The position numbers and the translations under genes were made by a program. The notes under the pieces were generated by a model. It had not been told where the DNA came from. It searched no databases and saw only the letters and a list, made by a program, of their open reading frames with translations. Below are positions 8,906 to 18,121 of a DNA stretch of 64,000 nt, piece after piece. This DNA comes from a virus, in the IMG/VR virus record IMGVR_UViG_3300031722_000008, positions 96,541 through 160,540 of that record; one strand, written 5' to 3'. Within the stretch, counting starts at the first letter, position 1. Every line of letters starts with the position of its first letter.

Positions 8906-8980
8906 ATTTAACAACAGGAATGTTGTTAAATATGTCCTTAGAGATAAGGGTTTATATTCCTTTGTCTCTTAATTTTATTT
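8906..8980 (+). promoter_or_regulatory. two-hairpin leader; second hairpin is terminator-like
   Basis: ATTTAACAACA-ggaa-TGTTGTTAAAT (8906-8931); AGAGATAAGGG/CCTTTGTCTCT (8940-8969) followed by a T-rich tract. Confidence 0.55.
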
Positions 8981-8999
8981 TAAAAATGGAGGAAGAAAT

Positions 9000-9944
9000 A
9001 TGATAATTAATAATGAAAACTTCGGAGAAGTTGTAGCAAAAATGTTAAGGGCGGCATCAGAATATCACAAGGCAGAGAGATTTGATACTTGTGGTATTAT
9101 TTTTGACAAAGATGATAACTCATTAAAACTAATCTCAGTTTGGTTCTTTGTTAGAGTTACAAATGTAAAGATTGAAATTGATATTCCTAGAGGAAAGCCA
9201 TTTTATAATGTTTTAGGAAAAGTATGGACAGAAATTCCTTATGAGAAACCAGTTGAATATTACATGGAAAAAAGAGCTGAAAGTTATAACTTCGTAGGAA
9301 GAACAGAATACTATGCAAATAATATATTAAATATTATCAACAAGGAAACTGAGAAAGTATTGGATTTAAGAGCAAGATATGTATTTGTTCAAGGATTTTT
9401 ACCTCAAGGCTGTGCAGCAATAACTTTCAAAGAAGAAAATGGAAAGCCAGTATTTAAAGCGCCTAAGATACCAAAGAAATTTGTCATTGATGAAAATTCA
9501 GCAATTCCTGAAAAATTTGTTCAACCTGGGATTACTTATGCATGTACATTAAATGATTGCGGAGATACTGTAACTCTTGATGTAATAACAAAATTCGGAA
9601 AAACTAGATCAGGTATGTTCGTTTCAGAAGTTAAGTATGATAGTAAATGCCTACCTAGATTAAATAATTTAGAAATAATTCACCCTGAACTAACTGTATG
9701 TTCTAATATATTAGAAACATCAGATGAAGAAATTAATATGCCACCAATACATCTAGGTGCTATGTTATTGTATGATTTGCTTAAAATACTTTTAATTTGC
9801 AAAACATCTAAATTCAACCTACATTATCAAGAAAAAATAAATGATGATATATGGATAGAATCTGTACCAGAAGATGATGATGACGCAAAAGTATCTATAT
9901 TCTTCCCTCCTTATGATTACTATAAAAATATTCAAAGAGGATAA
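9000..9944 (+). CDS. hypothetical protein, possibly a divergent DnaN (beta-clamp)-like fold
   Basis: N-terminus MIINNENFGEVVAKMLRA...GIIFDKDDNSLKLIS and C-terminus IHLGAMLLYDLLKIL...KFNLHY...IWIES...KVSIFFP follow the beta/alpha pattern of DnaN domains I and III. By eye only. Confidence 0.4.
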   Translation: MIINNENFGEVVAKMLRAASEYHKAERFDTCGIIFDKDDNSLKLISVWFFVRVTNVKIEIDIPRGKPFYNVLGKVWTEIPYEKPVEYYMEKRAESYNFVGRTEYYANNILNIINKETEKVLDLRARYVFVQGFLPQGCAAITFKEENGKPVFKAPKIPKKFVIDENSAIPEKFVQPGITYACTLNDCGDTVTLDVITKFGKTRSGMFVSEVKYDSKCLPRLNNLEIIHPELTVCSNILETSDEEINMPPIHLGAMLLYDLLKILLICKTSKFNLHYQEKINDDIWIESVPEDDDDAKVSIFFPPYDYYKNIQRG

Positions 9945-9948
9945 ATAA

Positions 9949-10494
9949 ATGCAAGAGGATTACCTAACAATGATTATAGCTAAAGACAAAAACTTATGGC
10001 CTAATCCTGAGAATATAGATGTTGAAGATATAGATAAATCCATATTTAACTACTTGGAAGAAAGAGAGCATTTAAATACTCCTAGGAATCAAGAGAAATT
10101 CTCAGAAACAGTTAACGATTTTTATCACATGGCACAAGAAGAATTTTTCGAAGAGAACGAAGAATACTTGATTCCTTCGCCACAAATAATTAGCGATATG
10201 ATAGATGAAGAAAACATCAATATCATATCGCTATTTGTATTAGATACAGAAAAAAGAAATAGCGAGGATAGGATAGAGAATATAATTAATATTTATATAA
10301 AAGAAATATCCTCTCAACTATTATATTCTGTCATAGAAGCATTAGATACTCTAGGACTACCCTTCTCCGATAAAGATCATCCAAATGATAAGGCAGTATC
10401 GGAGGTGAGAAATAAATGCTTTTATGACCCTTATCAAATAAGAATGTTTGGAGATGAAATATATGACAGAAGGAAAATTGATAGAAATTGTTAG
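9949..10494 (+). CDS. acidic QxxMF-family paralog 1
   Basis: VIEALDTLGLPF ... FYDPYQIRMFGDEI. Confidence 0.7.
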   Translation: MQEDYLTMIIAKDKNLWPNPENIDVEDIDKSIFNYLEEREHLNTPRNQEKFSETVNDFYHMAQEEFFEENEEYLIPSPQIISDMIDEENINIISLFVLDTEKRNSEDRIENIINIYIKEISSQLLYSVIEALDTLGLPFSDKDHPNDKAVSEVRNKCFYDPYQIRMFGDEIYDRRKIDRNC

Positions 10495-11086
10495 CGATAA
10501 ATTACCTGATGGAGTTCAGGATTTTGACAATATAGAAAATAGAATGGTTTTGTCATGGACTGGTGATATGCCAGAAAATATGAAAGAAGTAAATGAATAT
10601 ATAATAGGGGATATATATAAGGAAGAGTGCATAAATAAACAAGGTATCCCTGAATTCGATGATCTTTTGGAAAGTGTTGATATTCTTAATTCTGAATGTA
10701 TGGCAGAGATAGCTCTCATACAAGTAGTTCAAGAATATAATGAACAAGGTATTGATATTGGAGATGTATCGGAAGAGAAACTCTCAGAAGATACAGCAGA
10801 GAAGGAAGCTGGAGTCCTAGACTTCTATAGTTATAATGGAATGATTGATACTAAACAAGAAATATTTAATTATGCTGAAGAAAAAGGTATGAGTTTCATG
10901 ATATCAAATCATACAGAGGAGTATGATAATTTTACATGGGGAATTGAAATGTCAGAAGAATCACAACTAGACATTATAGTTAATGGACCTCAAATACCAA
11001 TGTTTCCAGAATTAGCTGTAGATGAATGTGAAAATGATTTTTGTAGATACGGTGGTTTCTTTCTACATGTATCGGAGGCTGTATAA
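10463..11086 (+). CDS. acidic QxxMF-family paralog 2
   Basis: GIPEFDDL ... IFNYAEEKGMSF ... IVNGPQIPMFPEL. Start placed at ATG 10463 behind GGAG. Confidence 0.7.
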   Translation: MTEGKLIEIVSDKLPDGVQDFDNIENRMVLSWTGDMPENMKEVNEYIIGDIYKEECINKQGIPEFDDLLESVDILNSECMAEIALIQVVQEYNEQGIDIGDVSEEKLSEDTAEKEAGVLDFYSYNGMIDTKQEIFNYAEEKGMSFMISNHTEEYDNFTWGIEMSEESQLDIIVNGPQIPMFPELAVDECENDFCRYGGFFLHVSEAV

Positions 11087-11791
11087 ATGAACGATATTAT
11101 TATAAGATCTGACGAAGATGAAATTGTAGACAAAAGACTAGCTGAATTAACAAATCTACTTATCGTGGATAGTGATGAGTCTTCAGAAAAATATGTCAAG
11201 GAATTAATTGAGGAATTAAATAATATACCAAAATCAGGAATACCATGCTTAAGTGATATTCTTCAACCAATGATAGATAATAACGATACTGTTATTGATA
11301 TTATCATGAAAACCCTAATAGTAAATGATAGAGTTGATATGCCAACAGATTGTGATAGAGGGGCTACAGACAGATCATCATGTGCAGAATGCGAAGAACT
11401 CTGCGAGTGCTATGAAGATTTAGATTACGAGATAAGACTTGATGAATTTCCACAATGTGATGATACTCACTTGGCATACTTATTATATTACATTCTTGTG
11501 AATACAGGTATGAGTATGATTATGGAAAAGGATGATTACAATGCGTTCCCAGACTTCTGTATGCATTTTGATTACGATAATGAGGGAATTTTATCAGACT
11601 ACTTCACTGGAACAGAAAATAAAAACAAGGTAATAGTAAATCATGCTCAACAAATGATGTTCTCTGAAATATTTATGGAAGAGAATAATCAGAATGGGAG
11701 TTGCTATTGTTATGGGCAAAACTTCGCAATAATGTTTGATAATTACAATATACAGGAAGAAAGATTAGCCTTAAAGGAAGGAGGTAAATAA
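11087..11791 (+). CDS. acidic QxxMF-family paralog 3, with Cys-rich insert
   Basis: GIPCLSDI ... CAECEELCEC ... YILVNTGMSM ... IVNHAQQMMFSEI. Confidence 0.7.
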   Translation: MNDIIIRSDEDEIVDKRLAELTNLLIVDSDESSEKYVKELIEELNNIPKSGIPCLSDILQPMIDNNDTVIDIIMKTLIVNDRVDMPTDCDRGATDRSSCAECEELCECYEDLDYEIRLDEFPQCDDTHLAYLLYYILVNTGMSMIMEKDDYNAFPDFCMHFDYDNEGILSDYFTGTENKNKVIVNHAQQMMFSEIFMEENNQNGSCYCYGQNFAIMFDNYNIQEERLALKEGGK

Positions 11792-12417
11792 TGTCAATAC
11801 AATTAAGAGAGGATATTTTCTCAGAATATATAGATGAAAAAAATCCAGAAATAATATATACAGCGAATCCAAATTCTTTACTTATGATAAAGGATATCAT
11901 TCTGGAACAACTTAATAACAGAGGAGAGGCTTCGTTAGAATGGATAATAAGTGATATTCATTTTGGTAATGCAAGAGTATTTGAAAATATAGCAGCTAAA
12001 GGTTTTGATACAGGGAAATTTGATATAGGTAACTTTGATAATTATGGTGATGGAATTACTGAAATGGCTGATGATATAGAACAATGGTATTTTGTTGAAG
12101 ATGAATTAACAGAATTAGAAAACCTAATATATGAGTCAGCTAAACAATTTGACTTACCTGTATATATGACAGCAGAGCAGGTAGATGAATACCCAACTTT
12201 TATAAGAAGATTCTCTGAAGAAAATTCTTATCTGGACTGCATAGCTAAAGAAAAAGAGATAAAGGTCAATGCATTCCATGCACAAATTCCAATGTTTGAT
12301 GATCTATTCGATAACTGCGGAAGTTGTTTTTATGGAAGAGAAAATGTGCTATTAATTGATGAATACAATAAAAATAGGAATTATGGATTAATGGAGGGTA
12401 GCGATGAAAGAAGATAA
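11791..12417 (+). CDS. acidic QxxMF-family paralog 4
   Basis: IYESAKQFDLPV ... VNAFHAQIPMFDDL. Confidence 0.7.
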   Translation: MSIQLREDIFSEYIDEKNPEIIYTANPNSLLMIKDIILEQLNNRGEASLEWIISDIHFGNARVFENIAAKGFDTGKFDIGNFDNYGDGITEMADDIEQWYFVEDELTELENLIYESAKQFDLPVYMTAEQVDEYPTFIRRFSEENSYLDCIAKEKEIKVNAFHAQIPMFDDLFDNCGSCFYGRENVLLIDEYNKNRNYGLMEGSDERR

Positions 12418-13090
12418 ATCTCTCCGGATAATAAATCCAGACATCGATATGCTTGAAATGCAATCAGAAATTATAGGCATAAATGAAGATAATTTCGAAA
12501 GAGATAAGAACACTATATTGGAAATGTATAAATCGGAATATACGAAATATAAGGATCGCGCAAACATACCTCTTTTTTCTGATATAGAAAATTCTGTTCT
12601 CGCTTATAATTATGACAAGTGTTATGAAATATCAGTTATTGAATTTGAAACATTTGATAAAGCAGAAGTTATGAATACATTTTATAGCTCTGCTTATTGT
12701 TCCACAATGGACATAAATGATAGAATACAGGCGATACTAGATCAGAAGACAGGTAATATGATGAATGATATAGGGTGGTCACATTCCGAAGCTATAAGAA
12801 TGTGTATAAGGAATTCACTAAATGAATTGGGTGTTATTTATGAAGATAATGATCCTTGTAATCCATTCCTCCGAAATATATTTGCAGATTTTAATATTTT
12901 CAGAATAGTAGCTAATAATGCTCAAATAGTAATGTTTCCGGACATACATAGACAGGAGTATATGTATGATGCGGACTTAATCAATGATACTTTAGATGAT
13001 ATTACAAACTATGTCATAGAAAGAAGAACACAGAGCGCAATAAAAGATAGGTTGCTTGGTTCTGGGGGTGATAAAAATGTCCCAAAGTAA
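12404..13090 (+). CDS. acidic QxxMF-family paralog 5
   Basis: NIPLFSDI ... IRNSLNELGVIY ... VANNAQIVMFPDI. Confidence 0.7.
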   Translation: MKEDKSLRIINPDIDMLEMQSEIIGINEDNFERDKNTILEMYKSEYTKYKDRANIPLFSDIENSVLAYNYDKCYEISVIEFETFDKAEVMNTFYSSAYCSTMDINDRIQAILDQKTGNMMNDIGWSHSEAIRMCIRNSLNELGVIYEDNDPCNPFLRNIFADFNIFRIVANNAQIVMFPDIHRQEYMYDADLINDTLDDITNYVIERRTQSAIKDRLLGSGGDKNVPK

Positions 13091-13436
13091 AGAGATAACT
13101 AAATCTATGCTCCGAAACAGAGGACTAATTATGCAAGATACGGAAAACAATACTTTTGTTGAAATCGTATCATCAAATTATATAGTTTGTATAAATCGAA
13201 GAATAAAAAAGGGACAAACTATAGTTCCTGAATATTACGAAATCAGCGACGAGTGCTTGGAGTTCATTGCTGACCATGGAATAAAAACTGTTACATGGAA
13301 CGGCATGATATTAAATGCTATGTCAGCTCTAGATTTATCATTAAAAGATGTACTTGAAGATGAAGGTTTTATTTTTGAATATAACCGAGAAATAGTGAAT
13401 CCTTATCAGCAGATTATGTTCGAGGATTTAAATTAA
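13077..13436 (+). CDS. QxxMF-family paralog 6
   Basis: IVPEYYEI ... LKDVLEDEGFIF ... IVNPYQQIMFEDLN*. Start placed at ATG 13077 behind GGGGGTG. Confidence 0.7.
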   Translation: MSQSKEITKSMLRNRGLIMQDTENNTFVEIVSSNYIVCINRRIKKGQTIVPEYYEISDECLEFIADHGIKTVTWNGMILNAMSALDLSLKDVLEDEGFIFEYNREIVNPYQQIMFEDLN

Positions 13437-13450
13437 GGAAGGTGTAAATA

Positions 13451-13825
13451 ATGAGTAAAAGCATTATAGAAATAGAAGATAGTCAGCTTCAAAAAGAAGC
13501 TAGATGGGAGGACGTAGAAAAGATTATACTCAACACATACAATGAACTTTTTGATAAGGATAAGAAAGAACCGAGCATAAGCAGAGTATTCGATGAAATT
13601 AAATATAAGTTTGAAACTGAAGCATATGACATTATCTACGGAATATCAGCAGAAGACATTACAGAAGAAATGATAATGGTATGTCTTACGAAAAAGGGCT
13701 GTGTATTCACATGGTGCGGAACAGTATGTTGTGAAGCGCAACAAGTGATGTTTGGGGAGATATACGAACAATTAGAAGGAGATTTCATCAGCTACAATAA
13801 TAATATCATAGGTCTTCATGAGTGA
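13451..13825 (+). CDS. acidic QxxMF-family paralog 7
   Basis: EPSISRV ... IMVCLTKKGCVF ... VCCEAQQVMFGEI. Confidence 0.7.
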   Translation: MSKSIIEIEDSQLQKEARWEDVEKIILNTYNELFDKDKKEPSISRVFDEIKYKFETEAYDIIYGISAEDITEEMIMVCLTKKGCVFTWCGTVCCEAQQVMFGEIYEQLEGDFISYNNNIIGLHE

Positions 13826-14471
13826 TATAGATAAAAGTGATGTTGTATTTAAATCTCTGTCATGTTTTAAATCCATGTTAAAATATGACAGAGTTAATCC
13901 CCAAATATTTCTTCATAATAAATCAGCTTATATGCTCGGAGAAAAAACGAAAGGAAAGATAGAATTTTTAAATAGGAGCTTTGAAACTTTAGTGGGTATA
14001 CCATTCAATAAAGGTTTCGAGTATTCAGAAAATATAACAAACAAGATTTTAAGTGAGAATATCAATATAATTAATAAGTTAGCCAGGACTTATTGCGAAA
14101 CTCTATTTTATATTGATAAGGTAAAGTTAATTAAATTCATTGACGATAATTATAATTCTTTAGCAAAGTTAAATAAAATGAAATTAACTATAACAACTGT
14201 GCCTCATATAAGGTTTAATTTTAAGCCTATAAAAAAATCTACTTCAGTGTTTGAGAGTGAATATATTATTTCAGAACCTGTAAGAGTGAGTCCAAACTTT
14301 AGAGTAAAAGATGAAGAGATTGTTTTAAATTCTCTTCTTTTTTATGAAGTTATAAATAATGAACTTTTTTCACAAATAATAAAAATGGAGATAAACAAAG
14401 AAAAGAAATTTATAAGATTAGCTTGTGTTAATGATAATGTAAAAGTTAAGTTTATAATTAACCAAAGATAA
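13818..14471 (+). CDS. hypothetical protein, possibly a short divergent DnaN-like clamp subunit
   Basis: C-terminal half FYIDKVKLIKFID...KMKLTI...EEIVLNSLLFYEVIN...IIKMEIN...FIRLA...VKFIINQR parallels DnaN domain III. By eye only. Confidence 0.4.
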   Translation: MSDIDKSDVVFKSLSCFKSMLKYDRVNPQIFLHNKSAYMLGEKTKGKIEFLNRSFETLVGIPFNKGFEYSENITNKILSENINIINKLARTYCETLFYIDKVKLIKFIDDNYNSLAKLNKMKLTITTVPHIRFNFKPIKKSTSVFESEYIISEPVRVSPNFRVKDEEIVLNSLLFYEVINNELFSQIIKMEINKEKKFIRLACVNDNVKVKFIINQR

Positions 14472-14552
14472 AGTCTAGAAATTGCTTAACGTGTTCGGCA
14501 AATAATGGTATCATTAACATTGAACACTAAAAAGAGATGGGGGATTGGCACA

Positions 14553-17500
14553 ATGGATAAACTAGAATGGTACGAGAGCGTTGAAAATAAGATCAATGAA
14601 GATATTGATTTGTTTTATGGTGAGTTTTATAGCGGAGCAAAACCTAAAAAGATAGGACCTGATAGCTATAGAATTAATCCATGTCCAGTATGTGGACATT
14701 CTAATAGTTGCACATTAACAGGAAATACTGTTCATTGTTTCAGTGGTGAATGTGGATGGAAAGGAACACATATTACGGCATGGTATGAATATGCAAAAGA
14801 AAAGCTCAATTTGTCACTTTACGAGGCGGTGGCGAAGTTAGAAAAATTCACAGGATATAAGTTTCCAGCTGGAACAAAAGAAGAAATAGAAGCTTATGAG
14901 AAGCATCAGAAACAACAAGCAATTTTGAGAATTTCAGAAGATTTTTACCACAAACAGCTTTTAATATGTAATTTGACTTTTCCTTTCAAAGATAAGAGAT
15001 ACACACCACTTGATTATATGTTACAAGTAAGAAAAAGAAAGATAGAAACCTTGAAGGATTTTAAAGTTGGATTTGCTATTAATTACTTTGGATTAAGAAG
15101 TGAATTATTGGAACAAGGATTTACGAAAGAAGAAATTAAAGAAGGAAAAGCATGGCAACCAGAAGGAACTTTTGTGTTCTTCTATAGGCATCCATTAACA
15201 AAGGATATTGTAAGGACAAATATTAAAAATCCATTTGGGTCAAAATCTAAAGAAAAAAATGAGTTAGGTCAAAGTATAGATGGCGATGTTATTGTTGGAT
15301 ATTCTACTGGAAGTAAGTTTATGTATTTTCCTCCGAATTTCTCCTTCGATAAAGATATTACTATAGTTGAAGGGGAGCATGATGTATTTGCTGCCTATGA
15401 AAATGGATTTAATGTAGCTGGTGTTGGAGGACAAATAGAAAGAGAATACCAATTATCTGTATTGGATAAGGCAAAAGAAAATATAACCTTTCATACGATG
15501 TATGATAATGATGATGCTGGAAGTAAATATACTGAATTCACTAATGAATATTTTGCTGACAGGCCAGTAAAGAAAATAAAATATGATGAAGCATTCAATG
15601 ATCCTGATGAATATTTCAGAGAGTGCGAAAATCACAAATCCCTTGAAGAATTATTTGAATTTGCAGAAACATTAACTACTGACAAATATAAGATTCGCAG
15701 ACAAGGTAACTTATGGACTGTAGCAACGAGAGAAAGAAAACTTGAATTTACCATGAAAGGCAAAAATGATAAAGGTTCTTTCAGTGGAAATGCTGTATAT
15801 TATTATAATGGTCTATTAAGCGATAGAGATGATAATATACAACTCGTAAAATGCAAAGCTAAGATAAAGCCATTAAACTTTTATTTATATGACCATATAG
15901 AAGAGTATTTTAATAGTAATTTAGATAAGAAAAGCATCGATGAATTAATATTGATATATTCAATGTCAGCGAAGAAAGATGAGATAATTAAAAGATTAGC
16001 CGAAATGTTATTTGAGTCAGAAAATGATGAGTCTATTATAAATAACATGAAAGTTCAATTAAGTAAGCATGTAACGAATCATGAGAATGTTGTTGATGAA
16101 ATACTTAAAGAGGTTAATGATATACAGAATAAGGCTAATACAACATCGTTATCGAACATACCTAAAATGCGTGTTGGACAATACTACAATGTGAGAAACG
16201 GTGATGCTTATATGTATTTTACTTATGTAAAAATCGATGGTGATATAAAAAGAAAATTACCTTTCCTGCTTAGGAATGATGGAACACTAATAAGACTCGA
16301 TCTATTAAAAAGAAAGGATTCTCAATGCTTGCTTCTTATTGATAATAAGTATGAACTTCCATGGGAAATAAATGATGCTATTCTAGAACTTAATGAGTGT
16401 TGCTTGACTCAAGAATGGGTAGAGAAATATAAAGATGGCAAAATATCAGATAGTGAATTAGAACCTTCAATACTTATAAAGAGAATAGAGGGTTATATTA
16501 GGAAATTTTATTATACTAATGATTCAAATATCTACAAGGTGCTATCTCTCTATATATATTCAACCTACTCATATGAATTATTTGCACAAATACCATATCT
16601 TTATTTAAATGGTTCTAAGGGTTCAGGTAAGTCAATTCTAGATGAATGCATTAGATTATTATCCTTTAATTCAAAGATGGCTGTAGACATAACTGAAGCA
16701 GCATTATTCAGAACACTATCTGTTGAAGGAGGAGTATTAATACTTGATGAGCAGGAAAACTTAAATTCTAAAAATGCGAGAACTACTGATAGTGGTATGG
16801 CAGCAATACTGAAAGGTGGCTACGCAAGAAGTGGTGCAGTATATAGAGTTAACAATGAAAAAGGGGGCATAGTAGAGAAATATACTATCTACGGACCTAA
16901 GGTTATATCCAACATAATGGGAATGGATGATGTAATTGAGGATAGATGTATAATAATTGAAACATATGCCCTTAAATTGACTAAAGAAACTAAAATGGAA
17001 GATCCTAAATATTACGCGGAAGAAAGATTAGATGAAATAAGAGAACTCACAAGTAAATGTGCGATCTCTGCCCTGAAAAATTTCAAGACGCTATATGATA
17101 TATATAATGGTAACTTATTCGAAACAGGGAATGCACGTTTATCGCAAATACTAACTCCTATATTAGCTGTAGCTAAATTGGTTGATTTGAGAGAAAAAGA
17201 AAATGCATTATCTACTAATCCAGATATAAAAGATTATATCGGAGAATATGAAAGATCATTAATGGATTATTTTGTTATACTGAATGAGCTTAAAAAGAAT
17301 ACTGCTCAAAGTACTCCAGAGGGTATAATAAAATCTTCTGTATCTACAGTTGCAAAAGAACTCTGGGGATTAGTTCCACCTCACAATATAGAATTTATAG
17401 ATTCGTCATCACATAAATATACCGAAGCTATAAAATGCGATAAGGAGCAAGGCTGGTTCGAAATCAATGTACTTCACTTTAAATGTTTCATCGAAGAAGT

Positions 17501-17765
17501 TAAACCTGGAGAAACAGCTTATGCTAGATATATTCCTAAATGGATTAAGACTGTTTTCAAAATCGATGCATGCGATATAAAAAGAAAAGCTGTGCATATT
17601 GAAAATGAAGATTTGATGAAAGAATTTAAAGGTAATGTAAAACCTAAGGTAAACTTTTATAGGTTTTATTTTAAAGACTATATAAACATGGATGAAGCAT
17701 TTTTCGGCAACAGCAAAGAAAATGATTCAGCTATTAAGACCGATAAAGGGGCAGAACTATTTTAG
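14553..17765 (+). CDS. primase-helicase fusion (Zn finger + TOPRIM + C-terminal P-loop ATPase)
   Basis: CPVCGH...HCFSGEC; IVEGEHD, YDNDDAG, DPDEY; YLNGSKGSGKS and VLILDEQE. Start moved to ATG 14553 behind a GGGG RBS. Confidence 0.88.
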   Translation: MDKLEWYESVENKINEDIDLFYGEFYSGAKPKKIGPDSYRINPCPVCGHSNSCTLTGNTVHCFSGECGWKGTHITAWYEYAKEKLNLSLYEAVAKLEKFTGYKFPAGTKEEIEAYEKHQKQQAILRISEDFYHKQLLICNLTFPFKDKRYTPLDYMLQVRKRKIETLKDFKVGFAINYFGLRSELLEQGFTKEEIKEGKAWQPEGTFVFFYRHPLTKDIVRTNIKNPFGSKSKEKNELGQSIDGDVIVGYSTGSKFMYFPPNFSFDKDITIVEGEHDVFAAYENGFNVAGVGGQIEREYQLSVLDKAKENITFHTMYDNDDAGSKYTEFTNEYFADRPVKKIKYDEAFNDPDEYFRECENHKSLEELFEFAETLTTDKYKIRRQGNLWTVATRERKLEFTMKGKNDKGSFSGNAVYYYNGLLSDRDDNIQLVKCKAKIKPLNFYLYDHIEEYFNSNLDKKSIDELILIYSMSAKKDEIIKRLAEMLFESENDESIINNMKVQLSKHVTNHENVVDEILKEVNDIQNKANTTSLSNIPKMRVGQYYNVRNGDAYMYFTYVKIDGDIKRKLPFLLRNDGTLIRLDLLKRKDSQCLLLIDNKYELPWEINDAILELNECCLTQEWVEKYKDGKISDSELEPSILIKRIEGYIRKFYYTNDSNIYKVLSLYIYSTYSYELFAQIPYLYLNGSKGSGKSILDECIRLLSFNSKMAVDITEAALFRTLSVEGGVLILDEQENLNSKNARTTDSGMAAILKGGYARSGAVYRVNNEKGGIVEKYTIYGPKVISNIMGMDDVIEDRCIIIETYALKLTKETKMEDPKYYAEERLDEIRELTSKCAISALKNFKTLYDIYNGNLFETGNARLSQILTPILAVAKLVDLREKENALSTNPDIKDYIGEYERSLMDYFVILNELKKNTAQSTPEGIIKSSVSTVAKELWGLVPPHNIEFIDSSSHKYTEAIKCDKEQGWFEINVLHFKCFIEEVKPGETAYARYIPKWIKTVFKIDACDIKRKAVHIENEDLMKEFKGNVKPKVNFYRFYFKDYINMDEAFFGNSKENDSAIKTDKGAELF

Positions 17766-17780
17766 TCTGTCCCTTTTATT
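17745..17780 (+). terminator. intrinsic terminator overlapping the primase stop
   Basis: AAAGGGGCAGA ... TCTGTCCCTTT followed by TATT. Confidence 0.65.
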
Positions 17781-17800
17781 GTCTTTAGGTAGATAACTTG

Positions 17801-17816
17801 GTATAAGATATTAAAG
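17801..17816 (+). promoter_or_regulatory. GTATAAGATATTAAAG motif, copy 3
   Basis: Identical 16-mer just after a terminator and before a two-gene unit. Confidence 0.6.
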
Positions 17817-17840
17817 TAAAAGAAAGAGAGGAAAAATAAT

Positions 17841-18068
17841 ATGAAAATAATAAGTAAATTAATAACACTAGGACTAGGAGGAATTATAGGAATAGGAGCA
17901 ATTGCAGCACAAGGAGCAATAAGCAGAAAAAAGATTAGGTTAGAAAAAAATGAAACAAAATCTTCAAAGGAAGAAGAAAAAGTGATAGAGGAAGAAATAT
18001 CAGCAGAAGAAGAAATTAATAACAACGAGAATAATATCAATATTGATGATTCAGACATAAAAGCTTAA
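17841..18068 (+). CDS. small membrane-associated protein (Gly-rich hydrophobic N-terminus, acidic tail)
   Basis: LITLGLGGIIGIGAIAA; GAGG RBS. Confidence 0.7.
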   Translation: MKIISKLITLGLGGIIGIGAIAAQGAISRKKIRLEKNETKSSKEEEKVIEEEISAEEEINNNENNINIDDSDIKA

Positions 18069-18121
18069 ATAACATTAAGATGTAAAGTGGAAAAAATAAG
18101 ATGATAAAGTGAGGAATTAAG

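Noticed and set aside
8164-17816. 16-mer as CRISPR repeat or att site
   Set aside because: Copies are 0.7 and 8.9 kb apart, each at the start of a transcription unit, and no integrase is present.
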